From NCBI GenBank assembly GCA_028534125.1, contig CM052818.1, positions 26,042,001-26,106,000 of the forward strand: DNA of 64,000 nt. Reading direction: 5' to 3'. The first letter of the stretch is position 1, and each line of letters opens with the position of its first letter. The notes under the pieces are model-generated. The model worked only from the letters and a program-made list of their open reading frames with translations, did no database searches and was not told the DNA's origin. This DNA comes from Lama glama (lineage: Eukaryota). Made by a program: the position numbers and the translations under genes. This document shows, in pieces, positions 37,042 through 47,705 of this stretch.

Positions 37042-37186
37042 TTTTTAATTCTTTTTGGTGGGGGTGAGGTAATTAGGTTTATTTATTTATTTATTTGCTT
37101 GTTTTTAATGGACATACTGGAGATTGAACCCAGGACCTGGTACATGCTAGGCGTGCACTCTTCCACTGAGCTATACCCTCACCCCC
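37042..37186 (-). mobile_element. tRNA-derived camelid-type SINE (long form)
   Basis: gaggtaattaggtttatttattt...gattgaacccaggacc...ccactgagctataccctcacccc. Confidence 0.9.
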
Positions 37187-37223
37187 ATCGTGTTTCTGTT
37201 TGTTACAAAATTTATTTTCTTAT

Positions 37224-37322
37224 AGGGGAGGGTATAGCTTAGTGGTAGTATAAGTGTTCCGCATGCATGAGGTGCTGAGTTCAATCTCCAGGGCCTCCAT
37301 AAAAAAAAATTAAAAATAAAAA
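37224..37322 (+). mobile_element. tRNA-derived camelid-type SINE (short form)
   Basis: ggggagggtatagcttagtggtag...gcatgcatgaggtgctgagttcaatctccagggcctccat followed by an A-tail. Confidence 0.9.
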
Positions 37323-37544
37323 TTATTTTGTCTTCTGAGATTCATGGTATTACACTGGAAAATAAGTATTAAATTGATATGGGATAGGGGCCATGGCCTG
37401 TATCCTCTAAAACCCATCGCCTCCACATTCTTAAATGATATTTACATTAACTCACATCCTTGAACTTGGAACCAATTATAAGATCCTACATCCCATGGTC
37501 CCCAGAGAAAGAACATATGCATTAAATATATATTGATCATTGCC

Positions 37545-37762
37545 TGCAGGTGTATATTGGGCTGAGTGCTTGCCATATACTATCTCATTCAATTTGTGAC
37601 CCTCAGAAGCAAGTACAATCATTCCCCATTTTAGAGATGTAGAAACGGAGCCTCTGAGAAGGAAATAATTATCACAGGTCACACATCTAGGAAATGATGA
37701 GGTCAAAAGCTGAACCAAGGGCATCTGGATGAAGAGCTCAGGGTTTAGCAACTTACTACGGC
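37545..37762 (-). mobile_element. MIR SINE
   Basis: tatctcattcaatttgtgaccc...attccccattttagagatgtagaaacggagcctctgagaagg...ggtcacacatctag. Confidence 0.8.
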
Positions 37763-38494
37763 TTTAACACATCAGAATGTGGCAGCCACAGGCCTGCACA
37801 GACGAGCATTGGACTCTGAGTTGCTCTGCCATCCACAGTGGTAAAAGGTTCATGAGAGGCCACCGGCAGTTGGTGCCAAGGTACCAGGTGCAGTATGTGC
37901 TCAGAGTCTGAAGCTGGTGAGAAAATCAATGACATATGGAAGAGATGAAGAAAGACGGTATCAGACGGAATGTGTGTGTCCAAATACACCTATTATTTAA
38001 AAACACCCAATGCCTAATTTTTAAACATACTGTACACGCAGAAAAACACACATACATTTCTCTAAGTGGAAATGTAAGTTAGCTGATACACTCCTTCTTC
38101 TAGATACAATGGTCCAAATTTGCTAAGAAATGCCTTTTATCATCAATTAGAAATTATCAGCATTAATCTCATTCACTACCTACTGTTTCTTCTCTTGTTT
38201 CTTCAATTCTGCCCCCCCGCTTTGTTTGCCTTCTCTTTTATTCTACTCCTTCATATGAGAATTTAAGCAACTCATTTAAATGTTGAGTCAGGTGTTCTTC
38301 CTCTTGGGTGGAGACAATTTCATCCTTTCCATGTCTGGCTGGGCCTGTTACCTTCGGGAAACAGTTTTGTCAGAGGTGTTGGAGAAGAGAGGGATGGACA
38401 GACAGCATTTCCTCTTAGAAATCCAGCCCGTGTGATATTTACCATTTCATGATGGTCTTCTAGGGCCATGCTGTCCCTCTGGAATAGAAACTGA

Positions 38495-38642
38495 CACAGC
38501 TAACGTGTATTAAGCACTCACTGGTCACCAGGCGTGGTGAATGTCCTTGCCCAGGGTCACTATTATGTGGCAGATTCAGGATTCCACCCAGGTCTGTCAG
38601 ACACCAGAGCCTATGCTCTTAGCTACTGCACTACACTGCCAA
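38495..38642 (-). mobile_element. MIR SINE (internally deleted)
   Basis: agctaacgtgtattaagcactcact...cttgcccagggtcac...gtggcagattcaggattccacccaggtctgtcagacaccagagcc. Confidence 0.7.
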
Positions 38643-38899
38643 GGTCAGGCGTAATGTGTTCCCCCGCGGTAACTTTCCCTAGCAGTGCAGACAGTCATGG
38701 TAGAGCCACACGGTGTCATCTGCTGTAGCGAGCTCTTGGAGGTGGCACCAGACTGTGGGCTCTGGCTGGGCTTCCCATTTCTGGGGCAAAGAGGAATGAG
38801 GGTGACCTGGAAGGTTCCATTTGTACAGGCTGAAGGAGACAGAAATACCCTAGATTTCGGGTGAATGTGGTGAAGTATATGACATCTGATCACGGTACT

Positions 38900-39070
38900 T
38901 TAGAGCCGAGCTGGGCTTTAAAGACCACCTCCTCTAACTCCCTCCTTGTAGTGAGGAAGTTAAGATCTGAGAGGTTAACTGAATTGTCTAAGGACACACA
39001 GCTGTCAGTTAGATGCAATGCAAAGACCTAATTTTTTTTGATTCAGAAGGGACTGCTTTTTCCACTCCAC
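38900..39070 (-). mobile_element. MIR3/MIR-like fragment
   Basis: ctttaaagaccacctcctctaactccctc...gaggaagttaagatctgagaggttaactgaattgtctaaggacacacagct. Confidence 0.6.
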
Positions 39071-40224
39071 CTTCACCCTGCTGGGGGTCTACTTGTTACT
39101 AAGAAGTCTCAAAGATCAGAAAATTAGTTGTTTTCAGCAATATAATTTCATGTTATACTTTCTGCTGAACACAGTTACAACAATAATGCAAGCAGACTTC
39201 CCAAATCCAGGGGTTTCAAGATGTTTCTCCTTTTTGCTAAGCTAATATATAGAATTTCAAGGCCATATTTACACCACATGAAATTGCCAAAGAACTGGGC
39301 AATCTCCTGTAAAAACTCAGTTGTGTGCTGATGGCCAAGTTGTAAAACTCGGGTTTCCTGGCAACTTCTCACTTTCCTTGTGCTCTAGGGAACGCACGCT
39401 CCTCAGCAAACAACCTCTCCTGAATTGCCTCCTCCACCGTGGCCGTGACCCAGATCCGACCCACTCGTCCTTTCTGATGTTCCTGCCTCCAGTGCTTACC
39501 TGTCACAACAACATACAATCTTGCCTCGAAACCTCCTCAGCTGAATAAACTTAGGTGGTGAACTCCTGGCACAGACGGTTCACATTTCTCTCACATTGAA
39601 ACACCGGACTGGAACTCAGGGGAACTGACTTCTGGTCCTCGTTCAAACACTATGAAGTCCTTTAAATTCCCTGGTCCTTAATTTCTTCGTGGGTAAAACA
39701 TGGACACTAATCCCTCCCTACTGTTTTTTGTAAGGCTTGTTCTGAAGATTTTGAAAGTTAGAGATCATGGAGACAAACTGGGCCTATTGAGTCCAGCCCC
39801 TCGTGTTAGAGTTGAGAAAACAGACACCCAGAGGTTCTGTGACCTGCCCCCCCATCTTGACCTTAAGGTCACGGAAGTTTGGTTAATGGCAAAATCCAGG
39901 ACCAAGTCTCAGGTCTTCCCCAGATGCTCCAGCCCTACAGTGCCACCTGTGATAATAAATATGAAAGTATGCTTAAAATGATAAATCATGAAACTGCAGC
40001 ATGTATATTATTTAGGTATTAATTAATAGACTGGGTATGGAATCAGCACTAATCACATTTTTTCATGCCTTAATGGGGCTGTAGAGTGTTAGGAATTTCT
40101 ACAGATGGCAAAGATATTCTGTCTAAAGACAAATCCTTCTCCTTCCAGTAAATAGAAGGAAAGCAGGAAGTTTTACCAGAGAATTTTCAGCTCAGCCTCC
40201 CCAAGCAGCCTTCTCTTGTTGCTT

Positions 40225-40360
40225 TAAAAAAATTATTGGAGATACAAGTCAGTTACCATAAAATTCACCATTTGAAGGTGTACGCGTCACTGGCTTAGCA
40301 TACTCACAAGGCTGTGTAACCATCACCACTATCTAATTCCAGGACATTTTCATCATCCTG
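40225..40360 (-). mobile_element. L1MB-type 3' end fragment
   Basis: taccataaaattcaccatttgaaggtgtac...atactcacaaggctgtgtaaccatcaccactatctaattccaggacattttcatcatcc. Confidence 0.8.
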
Positions 40361-41224
40361 CTGCTTTGTGTGTGTCCTTCTGGTCAGGTTGAGTGTAGCT
40401 CCACCGAGGCGTGGTGTTGATTCAGGGACACTGCGTCTGGCCCGCGTGTGGTGCTCCCTGTGGCTGAGATGACCAGGTGTCCTAAGTTCACCCTCTATTT
40501 GAGGAGCTTGGTGTCTCCAAAAGGCACATCTCCCTCAAGGTTGGGCCAGGAGAGGAGGAATGAGAGAGACCCCCAGCCTCAAAATAAGCCCTGACAATGA
40601 AAATCAGAGACTGGAAAGCAAAACTCAGCCACCAAGACCAAAATAGGAGGAAATGTCCCAGGCCAGGAGTGAGTGGAACTGCTAGTGGGAAATGTGGCTG
40701 ATTTAAAGATGCTCAGGGATGGGGGACTCTCCACAGTGTCCATCTCCCATGCCTTGGACCTTCCTGTGTGCTGACTCACACCCCATCCCTTCACTTGGTC
40801 TAAGCCTCCTGGGATCCCTGGGCACCCACTGCTGTCGATGCCTGAACTTCTGCTATGAGAACCCTTCTCACCCTGTGGGTCCTGTAATTACCTGCTTACT
40901 GGTCTGCATTCCTGAATCGACTATATGCTTCAAAAGGGAAGAAGTCCTGCGTTTTTAACCTGCCCACCCTGCCCTCAGCATCGTCTGGTACCGTGCACAA
41001 TTAAGATTTCATGATCAAACTCTTAAATTGGCACAAGCCCAAATTTCTCTTTCTATACCCTTACAATACAATACAATACAATCAAGTCCCGGGAATGTAA
41101 CCAAACATCCCATAGTTCCTCAAGGTAGACACACAGGTCAGTCATGACGGTGGGTCAAAGCCACCTTCCTGCAGTTTTCACTAATTAGCCCTAGTTCTGG
41201 TCCAAAGAATAAAAGAGAATAAAC

Positions 41225-41610
41225 CTCTGCCTTCTTCTCTATGATAACCCTTCAAGTGCTTGAAACAAACTGTCATATCTTCCAGATCTTTTATTTTCCC
41301 GGTTAAACAGATGTCCTTCCTTCAATAATTATACATAAAATATGGATTCATTTACTCATTCATTTGTCCAACAACTATTTTTGAGTACGTTCTGTGTGTA
41401 AGACACTGTGCTGAGGACAGTGGGGACAAGAGAGGCCCTGACACAGACTCTGCCCTAAAGAAGTCTGCATTCCGTGCTGGTTGTGCTGCTCCCACTCTCT
41501 GGAGGCTCTCTGATTGATCAATATCCCTTTCCAAATGTGGTTTCCAGAACTTGACACTACATTCCCAAGAGGTCTGACCAGTGCAGAGTTCAGAAGCACT
41601 ATTACTCATG
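41225..41610 (-). mobile_element. L3/CR1 LINE fossil interrupted by an L2 tail (about 41345-41490)
   Basis: Minus frames give LLNSALVRP and ECSVKFWKPHLERDIDQSESLQR, matching CR1 ORF2 LYSALVRPHLEYCVQFWxPxxKKDIDKLERVQR. Confidence 0.8.
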
Positions 41611-42543
41611 ATATGGACCCTGTGCTTCCAAGAAATTTTGATTACTCACATTCTTCTTAGGAAGCACTCAGGGTATGATATTATATATAATGTGTGTGTG
41701 TGTGTGCCCACGGGTGTGCTTGTATATGCAGAATAATTTGGTTAAAATTTTTGTAACACTGTCTGCTCTTTGTGATGAAACCAAGTATGTGGTAGTATTT
41801 TTGGCGATAAAAGTTCATATCAAAAACATAGCTATCTTGCCAAAAAAAAAAAAAACCCAGCCCTTAGGAATAAACAGATTGCAATCTTCATATCAGACTG
41901 AACTCTTAAGGTTGGACAGATTCTTTTTTAAAAAGAGCATTATACACTGTCACTAATGGAAGCATGGACATCTGGCAGGTGAATAAAGCTGTTTCTAATT
42001 ATGGGGGGTGGTTTGTCTTCAAAGGAGGGTGAACACCGGGGCGCCCTTGGATGTGCTCTTCCATAACATTACTTGCTCAGGACCCGGCAGCCTCCAACCT
42101 TCACCTATTTGAAGAATGCGGTGTGGGCCACTTCATTTTAGCTTCTGACCCGAATAACTCTGGTCCTTAAATTCCATCAGGCTTTGGGCATTTTTTTCTT
42201 TGGGGTTTTGCTTTGAGACTGAAAATGTGGATTTTTTGGTCATGTTGTTTCCTGGGTACTTTCCGTACATGCGGGAGGGAGACAGACTCACCAGAGGCTG
42301 GAAGGTCAACAGAAGAGAAAGCGCTTCTCCTCGGTGACAACAGGGATAAATGTGGGAGAATTCCACAAGACTTGGGTGGTCAGGAGACCCAGGAATGCTT
42401 CCAGGAAAAGCAGAGTGTATGAGAGTCATTCTGTCCTCTACCATAAAATAATCTGTCGACGGCACTGTGCTGAGTATTCATTAATTGGTAATTTCGCTGT
42501 TTAATATTTTCCAATAATTTTTCTTGGCCTAATGTCTCTTCCC

Positions 42544-43305
42544 GAATACAGACTTGTGGTTACCGGGGGGGGGGGGGTAGAGGGTGGGAAGGGATAGACT
42601 GGGATTTCAAAATTGTAGAATAGATNNNNNNNNNNNNNNNNNNNNNNNNNNNNNNNNNNNNNNNNNNNNNNNNNNNNNNNNNNNNNNNNNNNNNNNNNNN
42701 NNNNNNNNNNNNNNNNNNNNNNNNNNNNNNNNNNNNNNNNNNNNNNNNNNNNNNNNNNNNNNNNNNNNNNNNNNNNNNNNNNNNNNNNNNNNNNNNNNNN
42801 NNNNNNNNNNNNNNNNNNNNNNNNNNNNNNNNNNNNNNNNNNNNNNNNNNNNNNNNNNNNNNNNNNNNNNNNNNNNNNNNNNNNNNNNNNNNNNNNNNNN
42901 NNNNNNNNNNNNNNNNNNNNNNNNNNNNNNNNNNNNNNNNNNNNNNNNNNNNNNNNNNNNNNNNNNNNNNNNNNNNNNNNNNNNNNNNNNNNNNNNNNNN
43001 NNNNNNNNNNNNNNNNNNNNNNNNNNNNNNNNNNNNNNNNNNNNNNNNNNNNNNNNNNNNNNNNNNNNNNNNNNNNNNNNNNNNNNNNNNNNNNNNNNNN
43101 NNNNNNNNNNNNNNNNNNNNNNNNNAACAAGATTACACTGTATAGCACAGGGAAATATACACAAAATGTTATGATAAATCACAGAGAAAAAAATGTGACA
43201 ATGAGTGTGTATATGTCCATGAATGACTGAAAAATTGTGCTGAACACTGGAATTTGACACAACACTGTAAAATGATTATGAATCAATAAAAAATGTAAAA
43301 AAAAA
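42544..43305 (+). mobile_element. Young short L1 3'UTR insertion spanning a gap
   Basis: gaatacagacttgtggttaccggggg...gggaagggatagactgggatt...ctgtatagcacaggg...aataaa poly-A; TSD taatgtctctt at 42530-42540 and 43306-43316. Confidence 0.9.
42626..43125. other. Assembly gap (500 N)
   Basis: Run of N. Confidence 1.
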
Positions 43306-43721
43306 TAATGTCTCTTTCCTTACCCAATATTTATGAGGCTCTGAATATGTGTGAGGAACTTTAAACTTCAGAAATAACTATTATCATTAGTGTTGTCTTA
43401 AGAAGAATCTGTAGCTTTTGTTAACCCCCACGATTCCCACAGCACACATCGTGCTTTGCTCATTGGCCGTGGATACAGTGACCACTCTTTGAAGGCAGCT
43501 GAGGGTAGAAGCTTTAGAATCCTTCCCTGTGATGCTTCTTATCCTGAGATTTCATCAGCATAGAGGACAGGTCCGGGAAGGCTCTCCCCCCTCCCTCTCC
43601 TTCCCTTTGGAACCCTCTGATACTGGCATCTGTGTCTGAAATCAGTGTTCTGGTGAGAAGAAAATTGATTAAATAAAAACCTCTTTAAAAAGAACAGACA
43701 GTTTTTTCTCTGATTATAATG

Positions 43722-43795
43722 TTCTCACAAAAGAAATCCTTTGTTATATATTCTCACCAAAGAAATCCTTTGTTATATATTCTCACCCAAGAAAT
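43722..43795. repeat. 29-bp tandem repeat, about 2.5 copies
   Basis: ttctcac(a/c)aaagaaatcctttgttatata units start at 43722, 43751 and 43780. Confidence 0.92.
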
Positions 43796-43941
43796 TTGGC
43801 AAATACAGATGAGCACAAAGTAGGAAAGGAAGATCGTCATCCTTTCTCCACAATGCAAAGATAAGCACTGATAAGGTGCTGGTGGATACATTGCTTCATT
43901 TATCTAGATCTGCTTTTCTCTGAAAACAGTTTTAGAGCCCA

Positions 43942-44513
43942 CTTTTTTTTATTGAAGTTTATCTATATCAGTTTACAATGTTGTGTCAATTTCTGGTGTA
44001 CAGCATAAGAGTTCAGTCACACATATAAATACATATATTCGCTTTCATATTCTTTTTTATTATAGGTTACTATAAGATATTAAATACAGTTCCCTGTGCT
44101 ACACAGGACAAACTTGCCATTTATCTATTTTATGTATAGTAGTTAGTATCTGCAAACCTCAAACTCCCAATTTACCACTTCCCACCTCTTCCCCTTCCCG
44201 GTAACCATAAATTTGTTTTCTATGTCTGTGAGTCTGTTTCTGTTTTGTAAATAAGTTCATTTGTCATTTTTAAGATTCCACATATAAGTGCTATCATATG
44301 GTATTTTTCTTTCTTTTTCTGGCTTACTTCACTTATAATGACGATCTCCAGGTCCATCCATGTTATTGTAAATGGCAATATTTTATTCTTTTTCATGGCT
44401 GAGTAGTATTCCATTGTATAAGTATATCACAACTTCTTTATCCAGTCCTCTGTTGATGGGTATTTAGGTTGTTTCCACGTCCAGGCTATTGTAAGTAGTG
44501 CTGCTGTGAATAC
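43942..44513 (-). mobile_element. L1 3' end
   Basis: ORF 44220-44414 MEYYSAMKKNKILPFTITWMDLEIVIISEVSQKKKEKYHMIALICGI; poly-T at 43943; flanks resemble an older L1ME fragment. Confidence 0.92.
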
Positions 44514-44681
44514 TGGAGCTTGCTTTTTGATGTAACAACATATTGTGAACATTTTTGCAGGCCACTGCTTTTTCTCCTACAATGTAATGGTAATGGCTGC
44601 ATGGTATTCCACTGTATCTATGCACCAAAATCGATCTAACTAATCACATGTTATTGGGCTGTCTGATCATTCCCAGTTTTT

Positions 44682-44703
44682 CACACACACACACACACAC
44701 ACA
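44682..44703. repeat. (CA)n microsatellite
   Basis: Direct inspection. Confidence 0.95.
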
Positions 44704-45010
44704 TCCCTATGATTAACATTCTTGTCTCTCACTCTTTATTCCTATTTTTTCATTCATTATTGTCTGATAATAATCCCTAGGAAAAGACTATCTGGGTACA
44801 AGGATAAGCCAGGAATTGAAACCTTTTGGAGCGGACATAGAGAAGCCTTGGTTCCTGGTGAGCAGTGTCTTTGTTTCCAGCGATAACCCAACTGTGTGGC
44901 CTTGAGCTTATCACTTCATCTATAAAATAGGGAACATGGTCACGCACATCCCATTATATTTCAAAAGATGATTCTGCAAAGCATGTGGCAAGATTTTTGA
45001 AATACAGCAC

Positions 45011-45480
45011 GTGGGAGACACTGAGAGTTGTCTCCTGAGCAGCCACTCTTCCTCATCCCCACAGACCTTGGTTTGTGTCAGGTAGTTTCCCCCTTCCCCA
45101 CGGCAGGCCTTGTACCTTTTGGGGAAACCAACATTGTCTGGGCGTAATCTCATCACCCGTGCTAGTGACAGGTTCAGGAACAGGCATGCAAACCAATTCA
45201 GTTTCGTGACATTCAAGGGGAAGTATGCTGGGGCTTCTGGAAAATTCCCTATCCTTAGGAGAGCCATAGGAAGGGAGAGTCTCTCTCCCTGAACATTGTC
45301 ATGTGCAGGCGTCAGGCTTGGCCATATTGCTGCAGGAGCCTCATTACCGCCAGCCTGAGAAGTGAACACAGACGAAGCAAAGCTGTGCATCCCAGGGAAG
45401 GGGGCCTGGAGCCCCTGCATTAGCTGACCTTGAAGGCTGCCCTGCTCTCCTCCCGTGAGATCCAGTTCCAGTGGTGTGAA
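45011..45480 (+). mobile_element. MaLR LTR (MLT1J/K/L-like)
   Basis: gtgggagacactg...gctagtgacaggttcaggaacaggcatgcaaaccaattc...gctggggcttctggaaa. Confidence 0.7.
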
Positions 45481-45744
45481 CTCTTGGAATCAGTCAACCC
45501 AAATCACAACCCCGATTCTGACTGTCATCTTGTTCATTCTCTTTCTTAATGATAGGACATGTTTTTCAGTCTCTTACAAGTTTCCTTCCAGCTTCTTGGA
45601 TCCTCCCTTTCCCAATTTTCCAAAAAATTACGTCTCAAGGGAATATTTGACTGAAGAGGATAGTGCTTAGGCCAGCAGCTCAGAAATGACTCACTTCAAT
45701 CTGCTGAGCTGAGAGGGCCCAACCCTGGCCTTCCAATCTGGTCA

Positions 45745-45890
45745 TAGAATCAGGAGATTTTTTTCACGTTGGAAGGAAACTTAGTGCTCAGTGATTCCCA
45801 ATCTCATTTTGTAGACAAGGAAGCTGAGGTTCAGAAAGATTTATGGTGATTTGCCTCAAAGTCCATGGCAGATAGGTGCTCCCCAGGTGG
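45745..45890 (-). mobile_element. MIR-family fragment
   Basis: ctcattttgtagacaaggaagctgaggttcagaaag...gtgatttgcctcaaagtcca. Confidence 0.65.
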
Positions 45891-46595
45891 CAGCTGCAAC
45901 ACACTTACCTGGAGTGTCAGTTTGGCTCCTGCCACATTTCAGTAGGGAATTCAAGCAAAAACGTACCATAACTGGTTCTTCACACCCTTTGTTTCCTGGC
46001 AAATCAAATCGTCCCATGTGTAGTACAAACCCAAACAGCAGTGCTCCTGTCCACATCGGAAGTCCAGCCTTCTGGTCCTCCCTAGTGACGTCTTCTATGA
46101 GTCCCTGGGGAGGGATCTCACAAAGAGTCCAGACTTCTCCCTGCAGCTCCGCGGTGCCTCTTCTCTTGGTCTATACCTCTTCTGCTCCTCTGACTATTAC
46201 TTCTCTGTGCTCCTGAGTCACAGCCCATGCTGTTGCCAAACCCCTCACCACATCGTCTCCACTGGGCCCCCGGGTCATGTCCGCGCTCTTCTGACTGTCT
46301 CTGGATTGCCAGCTAATGGTGTTCTTCCTCTCCAGCCACTAAGACAACTCTTGCTTTTCATGGCTGCTGATTCCGACGAGGTTCCCCCACCAGAGCTGGA
46401 GCCTCTGCCAGGTGGTTCTCTGCCCTCTTACTCAGCCTGACTGTCCATAGAGAATACGTGCACTCCGGGAATGGGTTTTACCAGGGCTGGTTCTGGCGCA
46501 GCATCACGCTGCGTGTGGGACCACATTTCCTGCTGCTTCTTCACATGTGGTATTTCTCAGAAGCCTCATTTCCAAATTACAGGGTGGGACTAAAG

Positions 46596-46766
46596 CAGGA
46601 GTTCTCGATGTATTTCGAACTTTGGTGGGGAAAGGTTGAACGTCCATGAACCCTTTAAAATGGTAATCAAGGTTTGTATAAAATAACATTTTACGGGATT
46701 AAAGTCTACTAATTTTTAATCAGAGTACCAAGGAGGTCTGGGACCCTATAATGGTTGAGAACCACT
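46596..46766. mobile_element. MER103C-like hAT-Charlie MITE
   Basis: caggagttctc...tccatgaaccctttaaaat...tttaatcagagtaccaaggaggtctgggaccc...ggttgagaaccactg. Confidence 0.65.
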
Positions 46767-47243
46767 GGTCTCTAGATGGTCTCCAAACCAGATGGTCTCC
46801 AAAGCTGTTTAAGTTTTAGTGTTCTCTGATCCTGTGATTCACCAAAAGCAAAATCATTCAATGACTCTCAAAAACTGCTCTATTACATTCCTAAGTGGGT
46901 ACATGAGTCTATGCAAGAATATTTTAGCCTTAATTGCACTGGAGATGTTATATCGTTTTAAGAGAATAACAAAGGATTAGGAGTTGAAGCTTTTATTAGC
47001 AAGACATTAGTGCTCTATCCCATAAAAAGATTATTTATTCTAACCTCAAGTACTATAAATACTGGGAGAGCTTTCTTTTCATAGCTACAAGGTCTTGGAA
47101 ACTAGACTGACTGGAAGAATAGTTTCCACCTAGGAAAAGGGTGGCGCTTTGAACTGCCTCCCTTTCCAGATGGCCTTTCAGGAAGTGAAAGGCCTGGGGG
47201 AGAGGTCCCCCTCCTTCCTTGGGTGTAGCCTGTAGTCCACAAT

Positions 47244-47262
47244 TGACCCCTAGATGGTGTTC
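47244..47262 (+). promoter_or_regulatory. Candidate CTCF site
   Basis: TGACCCCTAGATGGTGTTC versus CTCF core CCASYAGRKGGCRS; motif match only. Confidence 0.35.
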
Positions 47263-47509
47263 TCAGGTTAGTAAAGGGCGTGGTCACCACTAACACGGAA
47301 ACCTGCGGTAGCTGGTGGCTGAAATTGTCAACTGGTTAAACAATAAGAAATTAAGTATAGATGATTTTTAAGCAGAACTGGAAGACAGAATTGGAAACGT
47401 GACACAAAAATCTACCTATACTACTTATAATAAAAGTTGGAAACATTTAGCATTAGCCCAGCCACTGAAAACATGATTTAAGTTTGGCATTTAGAAGAAC
47501 CCATCCATT

Positions 47510-47705
47510 TTTTTTCAATTGTGGTAGAAGACACTTAACATAAAGTTTACCGTCTTAACCATTTTCAAATGTACAGTTCAGGAGTTTTAAATACATTCAC
47601 ATTGTTGTGCAACCAACCTCCAGGATTCTTTTCATCTTGCAAAACTGAAACTGTGACTTACTTATTTTACAACGGAAGTTTGTACCTTTTGATCCCCCTC
47701 ACCCA
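47510..47705 (-). mobile_element. L1 3' end fragment
   Basis: taacataaagtttaccgtcttaaccattttcaaatgtacagttca...cattcacattgttgtgcaacc...ttcatcttgcaaaactgaaact. Confidence 0.85.

Noticed and set aside
42501..43260. ORFs of 196-217 aa
   Set aside because: N-gap artefacts inside an L1 3'UTR
45909..46170. Minus-strand exon ending at AG|GTAAGT (45909/45908)
   Set aside because: Good donor, but no convincing acceptor, an in-frame stop upstream and no recognisable peptide
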